Shown: positions 17,327-27,062 of the stretch, in pieces
Numbering within the stretch: position 1 is the first letter of the stretch
Layout: each line of letters opens with the position of its first letter
Origin: a virus
Lineage: Duplodnaviria > Caudoviricetes
Virus record (IMG/VR): IMGVR_UViG_3300030060_003522
Coordinates: 1 to 29,228 of that record
Length of the DNA: 29,228 nucleotides
Direction: 5' to 3' (one strand)
Translations under genes and position numbers: made by a program
The notes under the pieces: model-generated
What the model was told of the DNA's origin: nothing
What the model saw: only the letters and a program-made list of their open reading frames with translations
Database searches by the model: none

Positions 17327-17867
17327 CAAAACATATAACAACGTAGTTAATTTTATGTGCAGACTAGGTGAGTATCACAAACAAATACATACAGTAAGCG
17401 TTGGTGATATATACGATATAAATTTACAACAATTAGAAAAATTTGCATTAATGCATATAAACCCAACTAATGTAACAACAGGTGATAGTAGCATGACATA
17501 TAATTTCCAAATATTTATATGTGACATAGTAAGTGAAAACATGCCTACAACAACAGAAGTTACAAATGCAACTAATCTACCTAAATTATTAAACAGAAAA
17601 AATAATCAACAGGAAGTGTGGAATGAAACACTTAACATTACAAAAGACATAATAGGTATGATTAGGCATTCATCAAGACAATCACAAGCAGGTGTAGATG
17701 ATATTAATTTTCCTTTGTATTTCACAAATGGGCAATTTACTATAGAACCATTCCAAGAACGTTTTGATAATTTATTAACAGGGTGGGTGTTTAATGTAGG
17801 TATACAAGTCATTGATGATTTTGATACATGTGATATACCAGTTACAGATGCAGGAGCAGGTTACTAA
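17313..17867 (+). CDS. Probable tail terminator / neck protein
   Basis: 184 aa; PF.ERF...L.GW and C.IP C-terminal motifs; position in the tail cluster. Confidence 0.5.
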   Translation: MAVNNKTYNNVVNFMCRLGEYHKQIHTVSVGDIYDINLQQLEKFALMHINPTNVTTGDSSMTYNFQIFICDIVSENMPTTTEVTNATNLPKLLNRKNNQQEVWNETLNITKDIIGMIRHSSRQSQAGVDDINFPLYFTNGQFTIEPFQERFDNLLTGWVFNVGIQVIDDFDTCDIPVTDAGAGY

Positions 17868-17932
17868 TGAAATTTAAAATAGGTAAATACACAATAGAAA
17901 TAAGTTTTTTTAAAATAACAATACGATTATGA
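17867..17932 (+). CDS. Micro-ORF (21 aa, not in ORF track)
   Basis: MKFKIGKYTIEISFFKITIRL; TAATG overlap upstream and ATGA overlap downstream. Confidence 0.45.
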   Translation: MKFKIGKYTIEISFFKITIRL

Positions 17933-18285
17933 ATTATGATGATTTATTGGAAAAATTAGAGGCAATTAGTATAGAATTAAAAAGTTATACAGATTATCCA
18001 GAAAGTGCATCTAACAATGCAAAAAGAGCAATTAAATACAAAAAAGAAAATGGTAGCAGTTGCGGCACAAAAGTAGGTTGGACACGTGCAAATCAATTAG
18101 CAAATAAAAAACCAATTAGCAGAGATACTATAGCACGTATGGCATCATTTAAAAGACATCAACAAAACAAAGATGTACCATATACAGAGGGTTGCGGTGG
18201 TCTTATGTGGGATGCCTGGGGTGGTTCTTCAGGTGTAAATTGGGCAATTAGTAAATTAAAACAAATAGATAAAAATAAAAAATAA
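17929..18285 (+). CDS. Conserved phage morphogenesis-associated protein
   Basis: YTDYP....NNAKRA, CGT.VGW.RA.QLA, TI.RM.SF and W.AWGG..G..WA motifs. Confidence 0.65.
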   Translation: MNYDDLLEKLEAISIELKSYTDYPESASNNAKRAIKYKKENGSSCGTKVGWTRANQLANKKPISRDTIARMASFKRHQQNKDVPYTEGCGGLMWDAWGGSSGVNWAISKLKQIDKNKK

Positions 18286-18287
18286 TT

Positions 18288-18737
18288 ATGGCAGACTTGG
18301 TAACAACAATATCAGAATCCGTAACACTAAATGGTGCATTACGTGGTTCAACAAATACAGTAACAACAACAGGCATTGTAGATGTTATGGAACGTATATT
18401 AACTTGCGCCCATTCAAACACAACTACAATAGCAGTTTTTAATTCAACACCACATGGCGCAGCAGGTGCATTAGACCTAGAAAATTGTAAATATATACGT
18501 GTGACTAATTTAAGTACAACTGAAGCTATGGATTTGGCAGTTGTTACAGAAAACACAAACTATCAGGTTGTGATCACAGCAGGTAATTCACATATACTTT
18601 GTCAAGCTGATACCGCAGCAATAGCTGAAGCAGATACAACACCTAATTTTCCAACATTAGAAGATATAGTTACATTACAAGTTAGACCTCGATCTACAAC
18701 AGATGTACAGGTTGAATTATTTGTTGGTTTAATATAA
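18288..18737 (+). CDS. Hypothetical virion protein
   Basis: 149 aa, Thr-rich, beta-rich, in the tail cluster. Confidence 0.6.
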   Translation: MADLVTTISESVTLNGALRGSTNTVTTTGIVDVMERILTCAHSNTTTIAVFNSTPHGAAGALDLENCKYIRVTNLSTTEAMDLAVVTENTNYQVVITAGNSHILCQADTAAIAEADTTPNFPTLEDIVTLQVRPRSTTDVQVELFVGLI

Positions 18738-19330
18738 TGGCAAAATACGACAATCTTAATAACTTTTTGCAGTCATGGAGCAATGAAATAATAGAGGGTG
18801 CAAAAGACGAATTACGCGCAAAAAACAAAGGTGGCGGTAATTTAGAAAACAGTTTACGTGCTGATGTATACAGACAAGGTGATAATTTTGTAGTGCAATT
18901 CTACATGGCAGATTATGGTACATTTGTAGACAAAGGCGTTAAAGGAGCAGGTGGTACAATAAAAACAGGTAAGCACAAAGGCACATGGGGTGGTCGTAGA
19001 TGGTTTGTTAATTATAAAGGTGAACGTAAAGATGCACCATATCAATTTGGTACAGGTACAGGTAAAAAAGGCGGCATGTCACGTGGCATAGGTTCATTCA
19101 TACGTAAAAAAAACTTGCAACCCAGAGATGAACGTGGTCGGTTTCAAACAACAGCAGGTTTAAAAATAGCAATAATGAAGGTCTTGTGGGTAAAAGGTAT
19201 TCATGGCATTAGTTTTTTTCAAAAACCATTAATGTTAGGGTTACAAATGTTTAAGTTAGAGGCACAACCAGAAGTTAAAGAAGATATAATAGAAAATTTA
19301 GTTACATTCCCTAATGTGAGAAGGGCATAA
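18737..19330 (+). CDS. Probable tail completion / neck protein (HK97 gp10-like)
   Basis: Basic protein with G.L.NSL, YG.FVD.G.KG and GI....FF..P motifs. Confidence 0.55.
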   Translation: MAKYDNLNNFLQSWSNEIIEGAKDELRAKNKGGGNLENSLRADVYRQGDNFVVQFYMADYGTFVDKGVKGAGGTIKTGKHKGTWGGRRWFVNYKGERKDAPYQFGTGTGKKGGMSRGIGSFIRKKNLQPRDERGRFQTTAGLKIAIMKVLWVKGIHGISFFQKPLMLGLQMFKLEAQPEVKEDIIENLVTFPNVRRA

Positions 19331-19340
19331 AAAATAAAGT

Positions 19341-20774
19341 ATGGCAAATTCAATAATAGAGCAACAACCAGGCAGAACAGTATTGCCTGTAGGTCAAGAT
19401 GTTATTTTTGTAGTATCTAATGATGATGCAGTTGCAAATCAAGTAAAAGTAAAATTTGTTGCAGAAGTGCATATTAATACTGGTGCAATATCATTAAGCA
19501 ACGCAAGTACAAGGATAGGTGTTTTCAAAACAACGCCAAATAATGCAGGTGTAGGTATATTTGATTTTAGAAATATTGTAGAAAATTATGTAAAAGCAGA
19601 ACAATTAGCAGGTGTTAACAGTACATATAAAGGGGCATCATCAGATGGTAAAAACCACCCTATACATTTAATAGACAAGTTTTCTTTACAAACAGATGTA
19701 TTAAAATATTTTGCAGTACAATTTAAAGTTGAGTTTTTAGGTGCTGTAGATAGTGCAGGTAATCAAGATGATAACATTGTACGTGTACAAGCAGGAACAG
19801 CTGCAAATACAGGTGCATTTAAAATAATTAATGCATATTTAAAATATACTGATGTATTGGCGTTTTCTACAAATTCTAATAATTTACATGGTTTTGGTTA
19901 TGACATAACTAAATTTAAACCTAGTGATAGTACAAAGCAATTTTTAACTAATTTGCCAACAACATTATTTGCAAACATAGAGGATTATGGTACAGTAGCT
20001 ATATTGCAAACGGAACAGGATATGTGGGATAACGCAAAAAAAGTAAAGTTTACATATAATAAAACTGATGGCACTACAGCAACTGAAACTATTACAAAAA
20101 CACAAGGAACAGGTGCGTTTAGTGGTTGGTCAACAGATGGAAGAAAACAAATATTATACTATGGCATTTACCCTGGTAATTTAAGAAACACATCTACAAC
20201 GTTTCAAAGTTTAGTTGCGGCAAACGCAATACAGGGTGGTAGTTATACAGTACAATTACTAGACAACAGTAATACACCAACAAGCAAAACATATACAATT
20301 AATTTAACTTGTCCTGATGAAAGACAATTTGAAAGTATACGTTTGTGTTGGTTAAATCAGTGGGGTGCATGGGATTATTTTACATTTACAAAAAAATCTA
20401 GTCAAACTATTAATGCAACAGAAACAACATATACACAAATAGAAGGCACATGGAACAAAAGATATTATAACGTTGATGGTTTTAGGGGTGGTAAAAAAAC
20501 ATTTAGAAGAAACGCAACAGAAACTATAAGAATAAACACTGATTATATTAGTCAAGACTTTAACACATCATTTGAAGAGTTAATAAATAGCCCAGAAGTT
20601 TATATGTTAGATGGTTTCCAAACAGATGTTAGCAACTCTGTTTTGAACCAATATGTTACACCAGTTAGATTAAAAACAACATCATTTATAACTAAAACTA
20701 TTGCAAATGACAAGTTAATACAATATACATTTGAAGTAGAAAAAAGTTTAACATTAAGAACACAAACAATATAA
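19341..20774 (+). CDS. Tail tip / baseplate structural protein
   Basis: 477 aa; WLN..G.WDY.TF and ELI.SP.VY motifs typical of Bacteroidota phage tail proteins. Confidence 0.65.
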   Translation: MANSIIEQQPGRTVLPVGQDVIFVVSNDDAVANQVKVKFVAEVHINTGAISLSNASTRIGVFKTTPNNAGVGIFDFRNIVENYVKAEQLAGVNSTYKGASSDGKNHPIHLIDKFSLQTDVLKYFAVQFKVEFLGAVDSAGNQDDNIVRVQAGTAANTGAFKIINAYLKYTDVLAFSTNSNNLHGFGYDITKFKPSDSTKQFLTNLPTTLFANIEDYGTVAILQTEQDMWDNAKKVKFTYNKTDGTTATETITKTQGTGAFSGWSTDGRKQILYYGIYPGNLRNTSTTFQSLVAANAIQGGSYTVQLLDNSNTPTSKTYTINLTCPDERQFESIRLCWLNQWGAWDYFTFTKKSSQTINATETTYTQIEGTWNKRYYNVDGFRGGKKTFRRNATETIRINTDYISQDFNTSFEELINSPEVYMLDGFQTDVSNSVLNQYVTPVRLKTTSFITKTIANDKLIQYTFEVEKSLTLRTQTI

Positions 20775-23563
20775 TGTCTGTACAACTAATTATATTCCCA
20801 CAATCTTTTGATGGCTTAAACCCACTAAACAGTCAGTTGTCAGAATTTGTTGTTGATGGTGTCAATTTTTTAACTATTAATGCAGCACCAATTGTATCTA
20901 GTAGCAACCCTAATATTGTCGTAGGCGCATTAACATCACAGCCACCTAACATACCAAACCAGTGGTACAAATTTAGAAGTGGTACAGCTGTAGATGCACC
21001 AGAAAGGGTTAGCAATAAATTAAAATTATATAGAGTTGCAACATTAAAAAGTGGTGTTTATCAAAAACTATCAAATCTGGCGGTTGGTCAAGATTACGAA
21101 ATAAATATTAATGTTGATACTGGTGATAATACAGGTTTTTTAGTTGTACAAATGTATGATGGTACAACAACGTTAAGTATGTCGCCAACTAATTTTTTCG
21201 GTGCATCAGCAGGTTTAAAAACAACTACATTTACAGCAAATAATACAGACAATGTGCTAACAATATTGTTTGTAGGTTTTAGCGGTACAACTAATATATT
21301 AATAGAAGATATATCAGTACAACCTGTGGTTAACCAAAATGCAGATATTGATCTAGCAAATGGACAGGTTATATTAGATTTGTACGAAGATGAAGATATA
21401 CCATTAACATTAAGTGTTGATGATTTTAAAAACGTTGCAGAAAAAGTACAATCATACTCTAAAGCATTTAATTTACCTGCAACAAAAAGAAACAACCAGG
21501 CATTTGATAATATATTTGACATAACAAGAACAGATACAGGCATAGTGTTTAACCCCTATATCAAAACTAAATGCGAACTAAAACAAGATGGTTTTATACT
21601 ATTTGAAGGTTATTTAAGGTTAATAGACATATCTAATAAAGATGGTGAAACAAGCTATAATGTTAATTTATACAGTGAAGCAATTGCACTAGCAGATTTT
21701 TTAAAAGAAAAAACATTTAGAGATATTGATTTTACAGAACTTGAACACCAATATACAAAAACGAATATTAAATATAGTTGGAATGATAGCGGTACTGGTA
21801 TAACATACACAAATAGCAATACAAGTGGTTTTAGAGATGCAAACGATACAGTTAAATACCCTTTTGTAGATTGGACACATCAATTTATACAAGATGCTAA
21901 CAACAACCCAGAATTGACTACATTAGGAACAGCATTCAGACCGTGGTTGCAATTAAAATATTTAATACAGCGTATATTCAATGACAGCCCATTTACTTTT
22001 ACAAGTGCATTTTTTGATACAACAGATTTTAAAAGATTGTATATGGATTTTAATTGGGGTGGGGCACCTGAACCACATACTAACCAAGGCACAGGTGAAG
22101 GCACAAATCAAAGCACAACAGGCAATGCAGCAGGTACAACATATACAAGATTAATATTTGATGAACAAACATTCAGTAATGAAGATTTAATAGGTTTTGA
22201 CCTTGCAACAAGTAAATTTGTAGCACAATTTGACAATCAAAGGTTTGAAGTTGATTTTAATTTTGCAATTAACTATACTGGTTACAGTACACCAACAGCC
22301 GCAACAACAATAGGTCAATTAGCATTTAATGAGTACGACAGCTCTAATGCGTTTGTAAATTCACATTCATTAACAAACTTAAATACGTTTGGTACAGGTG
22401 CAACAACAGCATCTATAACAGTTGCAGGTACTTTTACAGTTGTTTTGCCATCAGGTAATTATTTGATACCACAATTTAAAAGGGAGACTACAGTTACTAC
22501 ATTAACACAATTAAGTAATACAGAAACATTAGCACAAATAGGTTACGAAATACCAGAAACAATTGTGCAAGTTGGTAATACAAGTATAACTAACGATACT
22601 TTTGCAGAAAATTTACGAGGCAACATTAAGCAATATGACTTTTTAAAAGGTATAATGACTATGTTTAATTTAATTGCAATACCAGACAAAGACAACCCTA
22701 ATAATATACAAATTGAACCTTATGGTGATATATTTATAAATAACACAAACAGTGGCACTACATCTAATTTAACATTAGCAGCACGTAGCATACAGCATGA
22801 TTGGACAGAAAAAATAGATGTCAGCGAAATTAAATTAACACCATTAACTGATCTAAACAAAATAACAAAATTTGGTTTTGTTGTTGATGATGATGATTTT
22901 GTATTTAATAAATATAAACGTGCAACAAGTGGCTATGAATACGGTAGCAAAATATTTGATGCTAGTGGTTTTACAATATTAGAAGGCACAAAAGATATAA
23001 TTGCAGAACCTTTTGCAGCAACTGTACTTAAACAAGTTATGCCAGAGTTTACTGATTTTATAACACCTGCAATATATGCTTATAATGCAAGTGATGGTAC
23101 TAGTAGCGGTTTTGACAATTCACCTAGAATATGTTACAATGTAGGTTTGAAAACATTAACTAGTTGTACTTACAAAATACCTGCACAAAATGGTGTAAGT
23201 GGTAATGCACAAGAAGATGATTTTTTACAATTTGGACATTTGTCAGATATTAGTACAGTTGTAAGTACACCACCACAAGCAACAGATACAGTAGATTTTA
23301 ATTTTGGAGAATGTCAATTTTTTAATGGCATCGGCAGTACACCTATAAAAAACTTGTTTAACGTGTATTGGTTACCATACTATAATGAGTTGTACAACAG
23401 TGATACACGTGTTATGACAATAAAAGTTAATTTAAATGCAGGTGACATAGCAACATTTAATTTGTTTGATACTGTATTTATAAAAAACAGAGAATATAGA
23501 GTAAATAGAATAGATTATAAACCTAATGACCTAGCAACAGTTGAATTTATATTAATACCATGA
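20774..23563 (+). CDS. Large tail tip / hub protein with inserted beta-sandwich domain(s)
   Basis: 929 aa; LDLY..E.I.L, SYSK.F.LPAT..NN..F, F..GI..MFNL, IEPY, DW..KID and C-terminal V.IKN..YR.N.I motifs. Confidence 0.7.
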   Translation: MSVQLIIFPQSFDGLNPLNSQLSEFVVDGVNFLTINAAPIVSSSNPNIVVGALTSQPPNIPNQWYKFRSGTAVDAPERVSNKLKLYRVATLKSGVYQKLSNLAVGQDYEININVDTGDNTGFLVVQMYDGTTTLSMSPTNFFGASAGLKTTTFTANNTDNVLTILFVGFSGTTNILIEDISVQPVVNQNADIDLANGQVILDLYEDEDIPLTLSVDDFKNVAEKVQSYSKAFNLPATKRNNQAFDNIFDITRTDTGIVFNPYIKTKCELKQDGFILFEGYLRLIDISNKDGETSYNVNLYSEAIALADFLKEKTFRDIDFTELEHQYTKTNIKYSWNDSGTGITYTNSNTSGFRDANDTVKYPFVDWTHQFIQDANNNPELTTLGTAFRPWLQLKYLIQRIFNDSPFTFTSAFFDTTDFKRLYMDFNWGGAPEPHTNQGTGEGTNQSTTGNAAGTTYTRLIFDEQTFSNEDLIGFDLATSKFVAQFDNQRFEVDFNFAINYTGYSTPTAATTIGQLAFNEYDSSNAFVNSHSLTNLNTFGTGATTASITVAGTFTVVLPSGNYLIPQFKRETTVTTLTQLSNTETLAQIGYEIPETIVQVGNTSITNDTFAENLRGNIKQYDFLKGIMTMFNLIAIPDKDNPNNIQIEPYGDIFINNTNSGTTSNLTLAARSIQHDWTEKIDVSEIKLTPLTDLNKITKFGFVVDDDDFVFNKYKRATSGYEYGSKIFDASGFTILEGTKDIIAEPFAATVLKQVMPEFTDFITPAIYAYNASDGTSSGFDNSPRICYNVGLKTLTSCTYKIPAQNGVSGNAQEDDFLQFGHLSDISTVVSTPPQATDTVDFNFGECQFFNGIGSTPIKNLFNVYWLPYYNELYNSDTRVMTIKVNLNAGDIATFNLFDTVFIKNREYRVNRIDYKPNDLATVEFILIP

Positions 23564-24417
23564 CAAATATATCTTACATAAAAGGTTTTGAAATAAAACC
23601 TAGCAAAATTAATGCAAATGGAATAGTGACATTCACAGATGGTGTAAATGAAATAACACCTAACCAAATACAGTGTGAACGTTATGGTTATACTTACGAC
23701 AACGTTTCTAGGGTGTGCAAAGCATTTACATATACTAGAGATATAAACATAAAAAATAAATTTGCAAAAAACAACGTACAAGGTGATGATAACACAATAG
23801 TACAAGGTGCAAATAATACGTATGTTATGGGCGAAAAAAACATACTAAATACAGGCACTAGAAACAATATTGTAGTTGGTATAAACCATAACGTAGATAA
23901 CAAAGTACAAAACACAACATCATTTGGCATTGGTGCAAACGCATTACATACAGGTGCAATGTTTATGGGTGGTAATAATTTAGAAGATAAATATGGCACT
24001 AGGCAAGTATTTAATGTTATTTATGGTTGTCAAACTAGAGATAATGCAACAACTGATAGTTTGCCTAATAATGGTTTATATGAAAATGTATTATTAGAAG
24101 TTAACAAAGGATATTATTTTCAATCAGAAACAATGGCAATACGTATTGGTGGTTCTAGCGGCACAGGTGCAGTAGGTGATTTTAAAGCGTGGGTAGAACG
24201 TGGTGTTGTTTTAGTTAATAATAGTGGCGTTGGTTCTATTAGTCGAAGTAGAACAAGCCCTGCAAGTAATGGGTTAGGTTTAAGTGGGTGGTCACCAATA
24301 AATGCAGTTAATAATAATCAATTTAGACAAACAGTAAAAGGTGCAACAGACATGACAATTGAGTGGGTTAGTCATATACGTTTTGTGCAATTATTTACAG
24401 GAGTTAGTATACCTTAA
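23560..24417 (+). CDS. Tail fibre / adhesin-like protein
   Basis: 285 aa with short G..N repeats (VQGDDN, VMGEKN, VVGINH) resembling a beta-helix or trimeric adhesin. Confidence 0.55.
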   Translation: MTNISYIKGFEIKPSKINANGIVTFTDGVNEITPNQIQCERYGYTYDNVSRVCKAFTYTRDINIKNKFAKNNVQGDDNTIVQGANNTYVMGEKNILNTGTRNNIVVGINHNVDNKVQNTTSFGIGANALHTGAMFMGGNNLEDKYGTRQVFNVIYGCQTRDNATTDSLPNNGLYENVLLEVNKGYYFQSETMAIRIGGSSGTGAVGDFKAWVERGVVLVNNSGVGSISRSRTSPASNGLGLSGWSPINAVNNNQFRQTVKGATDMTIEWVSHIRFVQLFTGVSIP

Positions 24418-24427
24418 AAAAAGAATT

Positions 24428-26278
24428 ATGGCAGATATAATAGTAGATGCAGAAATAAAAGCAGATGTAGGTCAGTTAGAACAATCATTACAACAAGCTG
24501 AAACAAGTGTTAATGGACTAGCACAGGGTTTTGGTATAGCAACAGGTGCAATTGCAACAGTGCAAGGTGCAATGAAACTATTAGGTACAGAAAGTGACAA
24601 AGTAAATAAAGCAATATTACAAGTACAAGCTGCAATGTCACTGAATCAAGGTGTACAATCATTATTAGCACAACGTAAAGCAATAGTAGGTATAGCATCA
24701 GTAATAGGAAAATGGACTGGTGCAACAAAAGTTTTAGCAGCTGGTCAAAAAGCATTAAATCTAATTATGGCTGCAAACCCTATTGGTTTAATTATAGCAG
24801 GTGTTACAGCATTAGTAGGTTTGGGATCAGCTATTGTTAAATTTTTTAAAGATAGTGCGGCAGCTACAAAAGAAGAAACAGAGGCATTAAAAGAAAACAA
24901 CAAAGCTGTTTTAGCTAATTTAGGTGCAAAAAGTAAAGAAATAGACAAAGACACTGAACGTGAAGCTCATGAATTGCGAATGCAGAAAATAAAGGGCATG
25001 ACTATAAAGCAATATTATGATGAAGCTATTGCAATACAGGAAACAGCTAGGGTAAAACAAAAAGCATTACAAACAGAAGCAAAAGATGAAATAAAAAAAG
25101 CAAAAGAAACATTAGAACAATTAAGAAAAAATAATGATGAAGAAAGTGCAATCATTGAAAATCAAAAGGCACAAATTAGGGGATTAGTAGAGGAAAGAGA
25201 CAAAGCAACAGCAAACCTAAAAGACATTAACAAAGAAGTTATAAAACTAAAACGTGATTTTCAAGCAGATGTAGCAATGCGTGATGCAGACAATGAAAGA
25301 AAGCGGCAAGAAAAAGAAAAAGAAAATGAACGTAAAGCGGTTGCAAGGCAAGAAAAAGCTAGGCGTGATAGGTATAATGCTAATGTTAATTTTTTAGCAC
25401 AAATACGTAAATTAGAAGATGAAGCAACATTAGCTTCAATAGATGATGATAGAGAACGTGAAAATAAAAAAGCTGAAATACAATTTGAAGCACAAAAAAA
25501 AGAACTAGAAAAAAGCAAAGCAGGTCCCAAAGTAAAAGCGGAAATGCTAAAACAACTAGAAGATCAATTGCAACGTGAGTTACAAGCTATAAAAAAGAAA
25601 TATGATGATGAAGCAGAAGAAGATGAAAAAACAAGGTTAGCAACGTTACGTGCAATGATTGATGAAAATGAAAATGCATTAGAAAAAGATGAAACAAAAA
25701 GAGCAATTGATGCATTAACACGTGAAAGAACAAGACAATTAAAAGATTTAGAAGAACATAAAGATTATATAAAATTAAAAGAACAAATAGATATAAAGTA
25801 TAACAGGGAAGTAAAACAATTAACAGATGAACGTATTAAAAACGATAAACTAGCTAATCAAGAACTTGTTGCTGCATCATTGAGTGCTAGTAGCAAATTA
25901 TTAAAAGGTGCTAGTGAGTTTGCAGAAGATAACAAAGCTATGGCGGCAGGTGCAGCAATCATAGATACTTACGCAGCCGCAGCAGGCGCATTGAGAGAAG
26001 GTAAAGGTACACCATTGAGTTATATAATGGCAGCTAGTGTTATTGCAGCAGGTTTTAAAAGTGTACAAGCAATTTATGATACAGATACAGGCGCAGGTGG
26101 CGGCACAGGTGGTTCTGCACCTAGTATGGAAACAACACCTGCACCACAAATGATGTCAGGAAATTTTGAGTTAGGGCAGGGTGTTACACCTGAACCAACC
26201 AAAGCGTTTGTAATAACCGATGAGATGACTAATAGCCAAAACCAACTTGCGAACATTAGGAGAAGATCAACAATATAA
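24428..26278 (+). CDS. Tail tape measure protein
   Basis: Ala/Gly hydrophobic segment ANPIGLIIAGV.ALV and long coiled coil; ATG at 24428 preferred to the 24359 start. Confidence 0.8.
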   Translation: MADIIVDAEIKADVGQLEQSLQQAETSVNGLAQGFGIATGAIATVQGAMKLLGTESDKVNKAILQVQAAMSLNQGVQSLLAQRKAIVGIASVIGKWTGATKVLAAGQKALNLIMAANPIGLIIAGVTALVGLGSAIVKFFKDSAAATKEETEALKENNKAVLANLGAKSKEIDKDTEREAHELRMQKIKGMTIKQYYDEAIAIQETARVKQKALQTEAKDEIKKAKETLEQLRKNNDEESAIIENQKAQIRGLVEERDKATANLKDINKEVIKLKRDFQADVAMRDADNERKRQEKEKENERKAVARQEKARRDRYNANVNFLAQIRKLEDEATLASIDDDRERENKKAEIQFEAQKKELEKSKAGPKVKAEMLKQLEDQLQRELQAIKKKYDDEAEEDEKTRLATLRAMIDENENALEKDETKRAIDALTRERTRQLKDLEEHKDYIKLKEQIDIKYNREVKQLTDERIKNDKLANQELVAASLSASSKLLKGASEFAEDNKAMAAGAAIIDTYAAAAGALREGKGTPLSYIMAASVIAAGFKSVQAIYDTDTGAGGGTGGSAPSMETTPAPQMMSGNFELGQGVTPEPTKAFVITDEMTNSQNQLANIRRRSTI

Positions 26279-26282
26279 AAAT

Positions 26283-26312
26283 CAAATAAATATTAATTAA
26301 ATCTATTATATA
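26283..26312 (+). promoter_or_regulatory. Putative phage late promoter, copy 4
   Basis: CAAATAAA-N11-TCTATTATATA, both boxes identical to copy 1; ATG begins 13 nt after the T of TCTA. Confidence 0.7.
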
Positions 26313-26314
26313 TT

Positions 26315-27037
26315 ATGCCATGTAAAAAATGCGAAAACGGAAACTATAAATTTGGTGACACAGGCAAATGTCAATACAAGACTAAAGCAGAATGTGAAAA
26401 CGCCAATAAAGATTACTATGCAAACTTAAAAAATACACGTATAGTAGAGTTGATTATAGAAAATGATAATGAAGAGTTGGCAATAGATGCCATTAGTTTA
26501 GTAAATAGCCCTGCAATAGAACAAGACTTTGTGTATTTTGGCAAAGAAAAAAACAATTTAACATTTGCAAAAGTTGATGAAGAAAAACGTATGTTAGTAA
26601 GCCCTGCATTGATACCTAACAAGCAAATATTTAGGTTCGATCCGAATACGGACAGTGAGTATTATGTTTATTTTAGTCCAGAAACAGTGCGCAAAGCTAG
26701 TGAGTTATACCTAAAACATAACAATCATCATAAAGCAACATACGAACATCAAGATAGAGTTGGTGGTGTGTTAACAGTAGAAAGTTGGATAAAAGAAGGT
26801 GACAGTGACAAATCTAAACTTTATGGTTACGATCTACCTAATGGAACATGGTTTGTAAAAATGAAAATAACTAATGATGATTTGTGGTCAAGAATAAAAA
26901 GTGGCGAATTGCGTGGTTTAAGCATAGAAGGTTATTTTGCTGACCGTTTCGAAGCTATGCAACAACGCAAACCAACAGATGAAGAAATACTAAAAGCACT
27001 TAACGAAATAATACAAAATCAAACAAAATCAAAATAA
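26315..27037 (+). CDS. Prohead serine protease (XkdF-like)
   Basis: ISLV..PAIE, PALIPNK.I.R, T.EH, ESW, LP.GTWF and G.SIEG.F motifs; upstream of scaffold and capsid. Confidence 0.85.
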   Translation: MPCKKCENGNYKFGDTGKCQYKTKAECENANKDYYANLKNTRIVELIIENDNEELAIDAISLVNSPAIEQDFVYFGKEKNNLTFAKVDEEKRMLVSPALIPNKQIFRFDPNTDSEYYVYFSPETVRKASELYLKHNNHHKATYEHQDRVGGVLTVESWIKEGDSDKSKLYGYDLPNGTWFVKMKITNDDLWSRIKSGELRGLSIEGYFADRFEAMQQRKPTDEEILKALNEIIQNQTKSK

Positions 27038-27049
27038 ATCTATTTAATA
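27020..27049 (+). promoter_or_regulatory. Putative phage late promoter, copy 5
   Basis: CAAACAAA-N11-TCTATTTAATA upstream of scaffold, capsid and tail tube genes. Confidence 0.65.
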
Positions 27050-27062
27050 AAAAAAAAGAACT

